DNA of 64,000 nt. It comes from Mobula hypostoma (Eukaryota). Position numbers and translations under genes: made by a program. The notes below the pieces were generated by a model that searched no databases, was not told where the DNA came from, and saw only the letters and a program-made list of their open reading frames with translations. Positions 1 to 12,626 of the stretch are shown here, one piece after another. The DNA lies in contig NC_086097.1 of NCBI RefSeq assembly GCF_963921235.1, forward strand, positions 26,910,001 to 26,974,000, read 5' to 3'. Every line of letters starts with the position of its first letter. Within the stretch, counting starts at the first letter, position 1.

Positions 1-37
1 TTACGAACTAGGAGTCCTGTACCTGCCTGAGGCCTTC
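1..37 (+). CDS. TDP1: Tyrosyl-DNA phosphodiesterase 1, 3' end of third-from-last coding exon (window starts inside it)
   Basis: Reading from base 2 gives YELGVLYLPEAF, matching the conserved TDP1 segment (human ...IRSYELGVLFLPSAF). It is followed at once by a canonical GTAAGT donor at 38-43, phase 0. Confidence 0.9.
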
Positions 38-315
38 GTAAGTTCCCTTCTGAAACTATGTTCACGCATCACTTCATTTAACCATGGGCTAAGAATAGCC
101 ACACATATCTGTTTCATTCTTAATGGCAAATCAGCTCCTTCACCTTCCCTTCTTGCTTTGTGGCGGTTGAAGCCATGATTTGCACGAGCGCTAATGGCTG
201 ACAATGTTGGGAGGTGTGAATTTGTCTACTTTGACAATGGAACAGAAAAGAGCCACGTTGTCAGAATGCTGAGAGATTGCAGAGTCGTGAGACACGGCAG
301 GCCCTGAGTATCTTT

Positions 316-605
316 GTACGGTAGTGTAGCGATTAGGGTAATGCTTTAGACTGCCAGCGATCAGGGTTCGATTCCTGCCCCTGCTTGTAAGGAGTTTGTA
401 TGTTCTCTGCATCACTGAGTGGATTTCCTTTCACATTAAAACAACATACTGATTGGTAGGGTTAGTAAGTTATGGGCATGCTATGTTTAGACCAGATACT
501 TGGCGACTGACCCCCAGCACAAATTCTTGGACCACGTTGGTCATTGATACAAATGTTGCATTTCACTGTATGTTTCAATATGCATGTGACAGATAAAACA
601 CATCT
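316..605 (+). mobile_element. tRNA-derived V-SINE (HE1-like)
   Basis: A-box/B-box-like head (tagtgtagcg ... gggttcgattcc) and V-domain-like core 'tgtaaggagtttgtatgttct'. The same core recurs in many copies across the window. Confidence 0.7.
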
Positions 606-635
606 TTGTTTTTATCTTTTATCATTAAGGGGCTT

Positions 636-1330
636 TATCGTCAGTTTGCAGATACACCACAGTAGTGGGCCGTACTCCAATAATGATGATCAGAGTACAG
701 GAATGACATAGCGAGCGTAGTGACATGGTGACATCTTTTTCTCGGTGTCATTGGCTTCAGGAAAGGCACATGCAGTGCACATGCTTCTCTCTACAACAGT
801 ACTGAGGTCAAGAGGGTTGAGAGCTTTCATTTCCAGTAGACTATTCTGGTCCAACCACAAAGACACTCAGCAGCGCCTCTACTTCCTCAACACGCTAAAG
901 AAATCTGACAAGTCCCCTTTGACCCTCACCAATTTTTATCAATGCGCCACAGTAAACATCCTATCTGGATGTATCAAGGCTTGGTATGGCAACTGCTCTG
1001 CCCCTGACCACCAGAAACCACAGAGAGTTATCGACACAGCTCAGCCAGTACAACAACCAGCCCACCCCACCCCCCAAACATGGACTCCATCTGTATTTCT
1101 CGCTGCCTCAGTAAAGCAACCAGCAAAGTCAAAGACCCCACCCACACCAGACATTCTCTCTTCTGCCCTCTCCCATCAGGCAGAAGATACAAAAATACAA
1201 AAGTACGTACCAGCAGGCTGAAGGGTAGCTTCTACCCTGCTGTTAAAACACGATTGAATGGTTCCCTAGGATGATATGATGGACCTTTGACCTCATAATC
1301 TACCTTGTTTGGATCTTGCACTTATTGTCG
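636..1330 (+). mobile_element. Rex1/Babar-type non-LTR retrotransposon, degraded 3' fragment
   Basis: Broken frames contain QQRLYFL..LKK, LTNFY.C...ILSGCI.AWYGNC and KDPTH..HSLF.PLPSGRRY, all shared with better copies at 6690-8430 and 18490-22315. Confidence 0.8.
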
Positions 1331-1683
1331 AACTGCAGATAAGATGTAGTCATTGAAAACTTCATCAGTATCCTCTGTCTCCAGGCACAGACTGCCATTT
1401 GCAACACTAGTCTTCAGTAGTTCAAACCGAAAGTAAATTTATTATCAAAGTGCATGTTTGTCACTATATAAAAGCCATTCATTTTCTTGTGGGCATTCAC
1501 AGTAAATACAAGCAATCAATGAAAGACCGTGCCCAATAGGACAGACAAACAACTGATGTGGAGGAGAAAACGACAAACTGTGCAAATACAGAACAGAAAG
1601 AGGGGAAAAAAAGAAAAAACAATAAATAAATTAGCAATAAATATTGAGAACATAAATGAAACGTCTTTGAAATCTGTAAATTT

Positions 1684-3055
1684 GAAAGCTTAATATCTGT
1701 AGTCAGGAAAATGCTTGAAGCTGTCATTAAAGAAATAGCGAAACATTTAGAAAGGAGTGGTTCCATTAGACAGACGCAGCACGGATTCAGAAAGGGCAGG
1801 TCCTGTTTGACAAACTTACTGCAGTTCTTTGAGGACATAACGGGTGCAGTGGATAGAGGGGAACAGGTGGATGTCGTATACTTGGATTTCCAGAAGGCAT
1901 TCGATAAGGTGCTGCACAAGAGACTTACAAATAAGATACAGATGCATGGAATCCGAGGAAGTGTATTGGCATGGATAGTGAATTGGCTAACCAATAGAAG
2001 GCAGAGAGTTGGTATAAATGGGTGTTTCTCCGGTTGGCGGTCAGTGGTGAGTGGGGTGCCGCAGGGGTCTGTGCTGGGCCTGCAGCTGTTTACCATTTAC
2101 ATTGATGATTTGGAAGAGGGGACTGAGTGTAGCGTAGCAAAATTTGCTGATAACACTAAACTGAGTAGAAAAGCAAATTGTACAGAGGATGTGGAGAGTC
2201 TGCAAAGGGATATAGATAGATTAAGTGAGTGGGCCAAGGTCTGGCAGATGGAATACACAGTTGGTAAATGGGAGATCATCCACTTTGGAAGGAATAATAG
2301 AAGAGCAGATTATTATTTAAATGGTGAAATATTGCAGCATGCTGTTGTGCAGAGGGACTTGGGAGTGCTTGTGCATGAATTGCAAAAAGTTGGCTTGCAG
2401 GTACAACAGGTTATTAAGAAGGCAAACAGAATGTTGGCCTTCATTGCTAGAGGGATTGAATTCAAGAGCAGGGAGGTTGTGCTGCAACTATACAGGGTAC
2501 TGGTGAGGCCGCACCTGGAGTACTGTGTGCAGTTCTGGTCTCCATACTTGAGGAAGGATATACTGGCAGCGCAGAGGAGATTCACCAGGTTGATTCCAGG
2601 GATGAAGGGGTTAACCTATGAGGAGAGATTGAGTCGCCTGGGACTATACTCTCTGGAGATTAGAAGAATGAGAGGGATTCTTATAGAAACAGAAAATTTT
2701 GAAAGGGATAGATAAGATAGAGGTAGGAAAGTTGTTTCCATTGGTAGATGAGACTAGAACCAGGGGATATTGCCTCAAGATTCAGGGGAGTAGGATGGAG
2801 ATGAGAAGAAACTTTTTCCCAGAGAGTGGTGAATCTGTGGAATTCTCTGCCCAGGGAAGCATTTGAGGCGTCTTCACTTAAATATATTTAAGAAACAGAT
2901 AGGTTTTAACATAGTAAGGGAATTAAGGGTTATGGGAAAAAGGCAGGTAGATGGAGCTGAGTTTAAGGACAGATCAGCCATGATCTTATCGAATGGCGGG
3001 GCAGGCTCGATGGGCCGAATGGCCTACTCCTGCTCCTATTTCTTATGTCCTTATG
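1684..3055 (+). mobile_element. CR1-clade LINE, 5'-truncated (RT ORF 1711-2715 plus 3' UTR)
   Basis: RT motifs QHGFRKGRSCLTNL, YLDFQKAFDKV, SGVPQGSVLG, KFADNTKL and LVRPHLEYCVQFWSP. Ends in a 'tcttatgtccttatg' tail. Confidence 0.93.
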
Positions 3056-3109
3056 AAAGTGAGTCCATAGATTGTGGGAACAGTTCAGTGACGGGGTGAG
3101 TGAAGTTAT

Positions 3110-3835
3110 CCGCAGTGGTTTAAGAGCCTGATGGTTGAAGGGTAATAACCGTTCCTGAACCTGGTGATGTGGTCCTGAGGTTCCTGTATCTCCTTCCTGA
3201 TGGTAACAGTGAGAAGACAGCGTGGCCTGGGTGGTTGGAATCCTTGATAATGGATGCTGTGCTCCATGCAGATGTGCTCAAAGGTGGGAAGGGCTTTACC
3301 AGTGGTGGACTAGTGGGCTTTTCTTTACAAAGGGTGTTAGTGTTTCCATACCAGGCCATGATACAACCAGTCAATATACCCACCACCGGACATCTAGAGA
3401 AGTTTGTCAGAGTTTTAGATGCCATGCTGAATCTTCACAAACTTCTAAGAAAGTAGAGGTTTCTTGCTTTCTTCATAATTGCACTTGCGAGCTAGTCCCA
3501 GTACAGATCCTCTGAAATGATAACACCAGGACCCTCTCCACCTCTGATCCTCCCGATGACAACTGGACCATGGACCTCTGGAATTGGCTCCTTTGTCTTG
3601 CTGACTTTTGATGAGAGGTTGTTGTTGTGGCACCGCTCAGCCAGATTTTCAACATCTCTCCTACATGCTGATACGTCACCACTTTCGATCTGACCAACAA
3701 CAGTGGCGTTGTCAGCAAATTTAAATATTGCATTGGAGCTGTACTTAATCTCACAGTCATTCGTATAAAGCGAGTAGAGGAGGAGGCTAAGCACACAGAC
3801 TTGTGGTGCGCCTGTGCTGACGGTGATTGTGGACC
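3110..3835 (-). mobile_element. Rex1/Babar-type LINE fragment
   Basis: Minus-strand ORFs show STGAPQVCVLS, FKFADNATVVG, TLTNF..C...ILTGCIMAWYGN and LLPSGRRYR. Confidence 0.85.
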
Positions 3836-4085
3836 CCTTCATTCCCTGGCTCCCTTCTTCCCCATATGGTCCTTTGGGATTTTCCTTAATCTTGGCCCCA
3901 AAGCTCTTCTGTGTCTCCTTTTAGCACTCTAGAATACTTTTCTAAGTAACACTCTACTCCAGCAGGACCTTTCTTTCAGTTTTAATTTAATGACTAAATT
4001 TCATTTTTATTCTAATTAAAGAATTCCAGGGAGGGTTGGTGGATTTCCAGGAAAAATTACTAGTGAAAGGAGGAGAAATTAGATA

Positions 4086-4407
4086 ATAATAATAAAAGCA
4101 TCCGTTAGTCTTGCGAGACCATGGATCTGTGCCTGGAAAGTCTTCACTCTCCAGGGCGCAGGCCTGGGCAAAGTTGTATGGAAGACCAACAGTTGCCTAT
4201 GCTGCAAGTCTCCCCTCTCCACGACACCAATGTTGTCCAAGGGAAGGGCATTAGGACCCATATAGCTTGGCACCAGTGTCGGCGCAGAGCAATGTGTGAT
4301 TAAGTGCCTTGCTCAAGGACGCAACACGTTCCCTCGGCTGGGGCTCGAACTCATGACCTTCAGGTCGCTAGTCCAATGCCTTAACCACTTGGCCATGTGC
4401 CCACAGG
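4086..4407 (-). mobile_element. tRNA-derived SINE with CORE-like body and (TTA)n tail
   Basis: Minus strand begins GGGCACATGGCCAAGTGGTTAAGGC...GAGTTCGAGCCCC (A and B boxes), then GTCCTTGAGCAAGGCACTTAA (CORE-like). 9-bp TSD AATTAGATA at 4077-4085 and 4408-4416. Confidence 0.85.
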
Positions 4408-4684
4408 AATTAGATACCGTGGGATTTAAGGTGACTACAGTAAAGCACTAAGAAACCAGAAATCAAAACTTCCTGTGTCCAAGACATAAGTACCATTACG
4501 AAGAAAGTACGGCAGTGCCTCTACTTTCTTAGAAGTTTGCATAGATTTAGCACGTCAACTAAAACTTTGACAAACTTAATTGATGTGTGGTGGAGAGTAT
4601 ATTGACTGGTTGCATCATGGCCTGGTATGCAAGCTTCAACATTCAGAAGTTATAAAGGATCGGTGCCTAGTTCCTCACATGACC

Positions 4685-4970
4685 GTAAGACATAGGAACA
4701 GAATTAGACCATTTGGCCCATCGAGCCTGTTCTGCCATTCCATCGTGGCTGATTTATTATCCCTCTCAACCCCTTTCTCTTGCCTTCTCCCTGTAACCTT
4801 TGACACCCTGATTAATCAAGAACCTATCAACCTCCACTTTAAATATACCCAATTACTTGCCTCTGCAGCTGTCCGGAGCAAAGAATCCTACAGATTGACC
4901 ACACTCTAGCTAAAGAAATTCCTCCTCATCTCTATTCTAAAGGGGCATCCTTTTATCTGAGGCTGTGCCC
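4685..4970 (-). mobile_element. CR1 LINE 3' end fragment
   Basis: Reverse complement resembles the CR1 3' end seen at 2770-3055 and 40490-40745. Confidence 0.8.
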
Positions 4971-5254
4971 ATCAGGGTCTGTTTCCTGCACTCCCATTTA
5001 ATCTCACCTAAGTCAAAAAAATCAATTTACAATATACTACTTTGAAGTTCACTTGCTTGCAGGCATTTACAGGAAAATAAAGAAAAACATTAAATTTATT
5101 TCAAATTATATATAAATAAAGACTGATAATGGGTCCCTTTTATCACCCTCCCTGTAAACAACCTGGGGCCCAGGGAAAATTTAACCTTACATGCGTCCTA
5201 TATTCACATTCATCCTGTTAGTCTGTATAGGTCTCAGTATTGATCCAGATAACG

Positions 5255-5940
5255 ATTAAAGATTAGCTTTATTTGTCACATGTTGTCATGTTGAATCAGA
5301 TTTGGAGTTCCGGCAAGTGATGCAGAAAATCCACTGACTTCGAATAGCTATATGAATCATTTATTTATAAACAAGAAAAAAAAATTCGACTGAACGTCCA
5401 TGTTCCACGAGTTACAGACACTACAAAGCTGAATATTCAATAAACGTACTTTGCTAAAAGTGCCCACTGAGCATACCTTCCCGATGGCCAAGTCCACCGC
5501 TCGCCTTAAAGAGAGGAGAGAGAACAAGCCTCTTACCCAGGATATTTGAAACTGGACACCAGGCAGCTATCCACCGGGAAAAGCAGCTGCAGTTTCTAAA
5601 CCAACCAGTCACAACGGAAGCGACTTCCGACAATCAGAGTAAGGCACGCCCCCCCAACAGGACACGTGCATTAAAACATCGAAACACACAGTGAAATGTG
5701 TCGTTTGCGTCAACGACCAACACAGTCCGAGGATGTGCTGGGGGAGGGGGGGCACGCAGGTGTCGCCATACTTCTAGTGCCAAAATAACTCACTAACCCT
5801 GACCCTAGCCATATGCCTTTGGAATGTGGGAGGAAGCTGGAGCACCCGGAGGAAACCCACATGGTCACGGGGAGAATGTACAAACTCCTTACAGACAGCG
5901 TTGGGAATTCAGCCCGTGTCAGCTATGCTACCATGCCACC
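5255..5940 (-). mobile_element. V-SINE interrupted by a solo LTR
   Basis: SINE head and core at 5815-5940 (ggaatgtgggagg...ggaggaaacccac...acaaactccttacagacag). The tail at 5255-5283 and 5665-5810 is split by the insertion at 5284-5664. Confidence 0.7.
5284..5664 (-). mobile_element. Probable solo LTR (about 381 bp)
   Basis: Termini TGTCATGTTG ... CAACAGGACA are a 9/10 inverted match with TG..CA ends. AATAAA lies on the minus strand near 5360. The segment interrupts a SINE tail; the TSD is imperfect. Confidence 0.6.
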
Positions 5941-6074
5941 CTATGTAATGTCCTAGATTTTGATAGGGAGTGACCTCCGATCTGTTATTCTGACCACCAG
6001 AGTCCTCAGAGTGCTGGGTTATCAGGGTTTTGCAGTAAATTCCCAGGGGTGGATGAGATGTATCTCGGGGTGTT

Positions 6075-6550
6075 GTGGGAGGCAAGAGATAAGCTGGCCA
6101 GGCTCCAGAAATTTTCAGACTTGCTCTGGCTGATGAAGAGGTGCCAGATGAGTGGAGGGAGCGAATGTGGTGTCTTCTATTCAAGGAAGGAAACAGGGAT
6201 AAGTCAGTAATTACTTGTGGGGGGGAGAAAAATAATTGTGATTCTGATTAGTTTTCACTTGGAGACGTAGGGATTAGTGAAGGAGACTTACCGCAGCTTT
6301 GTTAATGGAAAATTCTGTCCAACTAATCCGATGAAATTTCTCAGTGGGGACTAGGTACGTCAATAGGAGCAGTGTGTTGTTGCAGCCTACAATACAGTGA
6401 GGCCGTTGACAAGGCCCCACTGGGAGATTGTTGCAAAAAAGTTAAAGTCCTGGAATCCAAAGTTGGATTGATGATTGGTTGCTGAAGGGCTGAAGGTGAC
6501 TGGAAGACGGTGAGCATCAGTGTACCATGGGGACCCTTGCTGTTTAGTAC
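6075..6550 (+). mobile_element. Highly degraded CR1 RT fragment
   Basis: Nucleotide resemblance to CR1 ORF2 ('gaggtgccagatgagtggagg', 'ttcaaggaaggaaacaggg', 'gacaaggccccacatggg'). Confidence 0.55.
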
Positions 6551-6551
6551 A

Positions 6552-8576
6552 TATATCAGTGGCCACTCTATTAGGTAGACCTGCTCATTAAAGTAAATAT
6601 CTAATCACCCAATCATGTGGTAGCAACTGAATGCATAAAAGCATGCAGACATGGTCAAGAGGTTCAGTTGTTGTGCAGACCAAACATCACTGGGCGCAAA
6701 GAAAAGGCTGGGAATATCATTAACTGTAGCGCTTCTCTTCCTGATGAACTTAAACGTATTCTGCGCAAGATTTGAACAGAAGAGGAGTGTCCCTCTCCCT
6801 CCGGATGAACCGGACCTGGTGGCATCGAGATTCATCGTCACCGAGGAGGACGTTAGAAGGGCCTTCCTGAAGATAAATCCAAGGAAGGTGACGGGCCCAG
6901 ATGGCGTCCCAGGACGGGTTCTCCGGGCCTGTGCAAGCGAGCTAGCTGGAGTGTTTGCTGACATCTTCAACTGCTCCCTGCTTCAGTCTAAGATCCCCTC
7001 ATGTTTTAAGAAGGCCACGATAATCCCAGTGCCAAAGAAGAGCAAGGTGGCATGCCTGAATGACTATCGACCTGTGGCTCTGACATCAATTGCTATGAAG
7101 TGCTTCAAGCGATTGGTTATGGCACACAGCAACCACAGCCTACCGGTCAACCTCAACGCTTTGCAATTCGCCTACCGGAGCAACAGGTCAACGGCAGATG
7201 CCATCTCTCTGGCCCTACATTTCTCCTTAGAACACCTGGAGAATAAAGCCACATACATAAGGCTCCTTTTCATTGACTACAGTTCTGCCTTTAATACCAT
7301 CATTCCAAATAAGCTGATTCCTAAGCTACGGAACCTGGGCCTTAGCACTCAGATCTGCAGCTGGATCTTCAACTTCCTCACAGACAGGACCCAGTGTAAA
7401 AATAGGGGACAAGCTTTCCTCTACAATCACTCTGAGCACCGGTGCCCCATAAGGCTGTGTACTCAGCCCCCTGCTGTACTCAATGTACACCCATGATTCT
7501 GTAGCCAAGTTTCCATCGAACTCAATATATAAGTTTGCTGATGACACAACAATTGTAGGCCGTATCTCGGATAATGATGAGTTTGAGTACAGAGAGGAAA
7601 TTAAGAACCTGGTGGCATGGTGCGAAGACAATAACCTATCCCTCAACGTCAGCAAGACGTAGGAATTGGTTGTTGACTTCAGAAGGAGTAGTGGACTGCA
7701 CAACCCCATCTACATCGGTGGTGCTCAGGTGGAATAGGTCAGAAGCTTTAAGTTCCTTGGGGTCAATATCACAAATGACCTGACTTGGTCCAACCAGGCA
7801 GAGTCCATTGCCAAGAAGGCCCACCAGAGCCTTTACTTCCTGAGAAAGCTAAAGAAATTTGGCCTGTCCACTAAAACCCTCACTAATTTTTATAGATGCA
7901 CCATAGAAAGCATTCTTCTAGGGTGCATCACAACCTGGTATGGAAGTTGTCCTGTCCAAGACCGGAAGAAGCTGCAGAAGATTGTGAACATGGCGCAGCA
8001 CATCACACAAACCAATCTTCCGTCCGTGGACTAATTTTACACCACGCTGTCGGAGCAGTGCTGCCAGGATAATCAAGGACACAACCCACCCAGCCAACAC
8101 ACTTTTCGTCCCTCTTCCCTCCGGGAGAAGGCTCAGGAGCTTGAAGACTCATACGGCCAGATTTGGGAACAGCTTCTTTCCAACTGTGATAAGACTGCTG
8201 AACAGATCCTGACCCGGATCTGGGCCGTACCCTCCAAATATCCGGACCTGCCTCTTGGTTTTTTTTGCACTACTTTACTTTCCCTTTTCTATTTCTATTT
8301 ATGATTTATAATTTAAATTTTTATTATATTTACTATCGATTTGTACTCCAGGGAGCGCAAAGCGCAGAATCAAATATCGCTGTAATGATTGTATGCTCTA
8401 GTATCAATTGTTTGGCAACAATGAAGTAATAAAATGGGATTTATGTGACTGTGACCGTGGAATGATTGTTGGTGCCAGTCAGGGTGCTTTGAGTATCTCA
8501 GAAACTGCTGATCCACTGGGATTTTTGCACACAACAGTCTCTGAAGTTTATGCGGAGAGTGCTGTGAGAAACAAAA
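6552..8576 (+). mobile_element. Tc1-like DNA transposon relic, split by a Rex1 LINE
   Basis: 6552-6689 (cagtggccactctattaggta...catggtcaagaggttcagttgttg) and 8432-8576 (gagtatctcagaaactgctgat) are colinear with the uninterrupted copy at 48052-48560. Confidence 0.75.
6690..8430 (+). mobile_element. Rex1/Babar-type LINE, 5'-truncated, relatively young
   Basis: ORF contains [28 protein letters not shown] and LFIDYSSAFNTI. YKFADD is encoded near 7530. There are few stops or frameshifts, and the 3' UTR runs to about 8430. Confidence 0.92.
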
Positions 8577-8579
8577 GTG

Positions 8580-8796
8580 GGGTGCCTCAGCAGCGTAGCA
8601 GTTAGCACAACGCTATTGCAGCTTGGGGTGTCAGAGTTCAGAGTTCAATTCCGGTGTCCTCTGTAAGGAGTTTGTACATCCCCCACAGGGAACGTGTGGG
8701 TTGTCTCCGCGTGCTCCAGTTTCCTCCCACAGTCCAAAGACTTACCAGTTAGCTTGTTTATTGTTCATTGTAAATTTTCCCTTGATTAACCTGGGG
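8580..8796 (+). mobile_element. V-SINE truncated by a hAT insertion
   Basis: gagttcaattcc B-box and 'tgtaaggagtttgtac' core. It stops at the hAT TIR, whereas the copy at 36910-37148 continues past the equivalent point. Confidence 0.7.
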
Positions 8797-11700
8797 CAGT
8801 GTTTCCCAACCCTTTTTTTTTAGCACGGTGCCCCCATAAAGCACCAACGCCCCTCAGGCACAATACAGTTTCCAGCACCCCCATAGTGTAAAAACACGTC
8901 TACCATATGCTCACATGAGAAAAATTATTCTGCTTTAAATTTTTATTTGTCCTTAAACCTAACTTACACAATACCTGTGCACGTACAGCAACTTTGATAT
9001 CATTGTGATCCTTGAGCTTGATGGTTTTTAGCAAGAGTTGAAATATCTGGTTCAAGTTGTGACAGCAAAAGCCTTAAGTCCCCACGCGTAACAATGTCCA
9101 AGTGGTTTCTGGTTTTTTGTGAGTATGTGGTTCACTGCCCTGAAGCCTCTTTCAACAAGGTAGGAGGATGGAAATGCAATGAAGAGCAGTTTGTTTGTTC
9201 TCCAAAGACCAGAAAACTTCGTCTGACAATGTGGCCATATACCACAAAAGCTGACATTTTTGGGTTAATTACCCTGTCTGGAATTTCCAGATCATTCAAA
9301 TCCTTTAATAGATTCTGAAAATCCTCCTTTAGTGGCAGGTGTAAGCAGTACTCTTGCAAATCACCATCTATGAAAGAGAATGCCATACATTCCAGGCATG
9401 GAAACTGTGAGAACATTCTTCTCCCAATGTTTTACATATATATTTCCAATTTTCTAATAAAAGTGAACACTGCCTGGATTAAATTGAAATTCTCACCCTG
9501 CAGTTTCATATTTAGAACGTTCATTTTGTCATACAGATTGGCTAGGTAGCTACATCTCCACGTAGAGGTTCAGTCTTGTTTCCCAAGCTCTCATCAAATT
9601 TCAACCACAGTGTCAAAAAGATCAAAGAAATGTTTTCGGCAGCAGCCTTTTGACAGCCAATGCACTTCAGTGTGTAAAAACAAGTGTTCAAACTCTTCAT
9701 CATTATCTTGGCATAACTGGCGAAATTTAATGGATGAGCTTTAATTTTGTTGATAGCAGATATTACAAGAGTCATGCTTGATAAAAGTTGCTGGCTGAGG
9801 TTTTTGGCTGCGAGATGTTAACAATGAATTACACAATGGATTGCAAACAGACTTGGAATTTCATTTTTCATAAATCCCACTAAACCTGTCATATATACGG
9901 TGCTCCATCTGTTGCACAAGAAATCATGTTCCTAATCGGAATACTTTTATTCTCAATATACATTTTGAGCTCATAGATTGATTCTCTGTTGATACTTGCT
10001 TAACTTTTTACAAGACACAATCTCTTCATAAACTTTACCATTTTTGATAAACCCTATATATGCCATTAGCAATGCCTCGTCTCACACAGTTGACTCATCC
10101 AGTTGTATCCCAAATTCTGTTTTTTTCTTTCTTCCTTTTTCAATCTTTTTATTAGTTTCAGCATCATATACATTACAGAAAAATAGATACAGAGAAATTG
10201 GGATTACATTATTGAAAAAATAGTTTACACAAATATAACCTCAATTGACACATAATTCATGAGCCTCCCAAAGTCTCAAAAAGTACAACTCTAATATAGG
10301 GAAGTATAAGGTAAAAATAGAAAAAATATCATGAAAAAAGAGAAAAAAAATTTCCCCCCAAAAAGAAAAAAAAATCTAAACCAGCTAAAAGAAAACTAAA
10401 CTAACAAAAAGAAAAAGAATGGGCTATTATGATATCTCAGATAAGACTATTAGTGTCGTTAACTCTGCTCCTCTCCCCGTATATAGAATAACAAAGTGGA
10501 ATTGGAAAGGGTCAAATTACATCATATGAAAGTATTGAATAAATGGTCTCCAAATCTCTTCAAATTTAATAGAAGGGTCGTAAATGACGCTTCTAATTTT
10601 TTCTAAATTTAAACAAGACATAGTTTGCGAAAACCATTGAAATGTAGTAGGAGGATTAATCTCTTCCCAATTCAGTAGTATGGATCTTCTAGCCATTAGT
10701 GTAACAAAAGCAATCATCTGACAAGCTGAGGGAGTCAGATGATGTTGTTCTATCATTGGTAAACCAAAGATTGCAGTAATAGGATGGGGTTGTAAATCAA
10801 TATTCAAAACAGTTGAAATAATATCAAAGATATCGTCCCAGTATTTCTTCAGCAAAGGGCATGACCAAAACATGTGAGTTAACAAGGCTGTCTCAGAATG
10901 ACATCTGTCACATACAGGATTTATATGAGAGTAATAGCGGGCTAATTTATCCTTGGACATATGAGCTCTGTGTACTACTTTAAACTGTATCAATGTGTGT
11001 TTAGTACATATAGAAGAAGAATTAACTAATTGAAGAATTTTTTGCCTTTTCTCTATAGGTAAGCTTAAGTTCCCTTTCCCAGTCATTCTTGATTGAATTC
11101 GATACATCTGGATTTATTTTCATAATCATATATATAATTAATTGCTATCGAACCTTTCTGAAAAGGATTTAAATCTAAAATTCTTTCCATTATATCCGAT
11201 GAGTATGAAATCGGAAAGGTACTAAGAACAGTATTTAAAAAGTTTCTAATCTGTAAGTATCTAAAGAAATGGGATCCAGGTAAATTATATTTATTAGATA
11301 ATTGTTCAAAAGACATGAAACAATTATCCAAAAATAAATCAGAAAAACATATTATACCTTTAGTTTTCCGGACTAGATAGGCTTGATCCAAAAAAGAGGG
11401 TTGAAAAAGAAAATTAAGTAGAATAGGGCTTGCTAAAATAAATTGATTCAATCCAAAAAATTCTCAAATCTGAAACCATATTCGCAGGGTATATTTAACT
11501 ATTGGGTTATCCATATGTTTGTTCACTTTAGAAAACTCTCAAAAGGAAGCAGGGACCCTAAAATAGAACCTAATGAAAACCCTGAAACGGATTTACATTC
11601 AAGATTAACCTGTTGTGGACTTGAAACTGTATCCTAATTCCATGTCCAAAATTTTAAGTAATGAATATTAATTGCCCAATAATAAAATCTAAAGTTCAGC

Positions 11701-12626
11701 AATGCTAAACCGCCCTCCTTTTTGGGCTTCTGTAAGTATCTTTTACCTAGTCTAGGATTTTTATTCTGCCATGTATATGAAGATATTTTTGAATCAACAT
11801 TATCAAAAAAGGATTTCAGGATAAAGATAGGCAATGCGTGAAATAAATGTAGAAACTTAGGTAAAATCATCATTTTGACGGTGTTGCTTCGACCAATTAA
11901 AGACAACATCATTGGTGACCATTTGGTAAACAAACATTTAATCTGATCAAATAAAGGAAAAAAATTAGCCTTAAATAAATCCTTATGCTTCTTGGTGATT
12001 TTTACTCCTAAATAAGTAAAATAATCAGTAACCAATCTAAATGGTAAGGATTTATAATTTGGAACCTGCATGTTCAACGGAAAAAGTTCACTCTTATTAA
12101 GATTCAGTTTATAGCCAGAAAATTTGCTAAACTTGGCCAACAAAGATAAGATTGCAGGAATGGATTTCTCTGGGTCAGAAATATATAGTAATAAATCATC
12201 AGCATATAATGATAGCTCATGTATCTCATTCCCACCAGTAATACCTAAAATATTTGGTGAATCTCTGATCGCAATTGCTGGAGGTTCTAAAGCGATATCA
12301 AATAATGAAGGACTTAAAGGACAGCCCTGTCTAGTACCACGAAAAAGGAGAGATCTTTGATTATTAGAAAAAACCAAAGCTAGAGGGGTATGATATATCA
12401 GTTTAATCCAAGATATAAATATCAGACTGAAGTTAAACATCTCAAGCGTACTGAATAAATATGGCCATTCAACTCTTATCAAAGGCTTTCTCAGCATCCA
12501 ATGAAATGACACATTTTGGAGTTCCAAGTGAAGGAGTATCAACAATATTCAATAATCTCCTAATATTAAAAGATGAATAATGATTTTTAATAAATCCAGT
12601 TTGATCCTCAGAAATAATTTGAGGTA

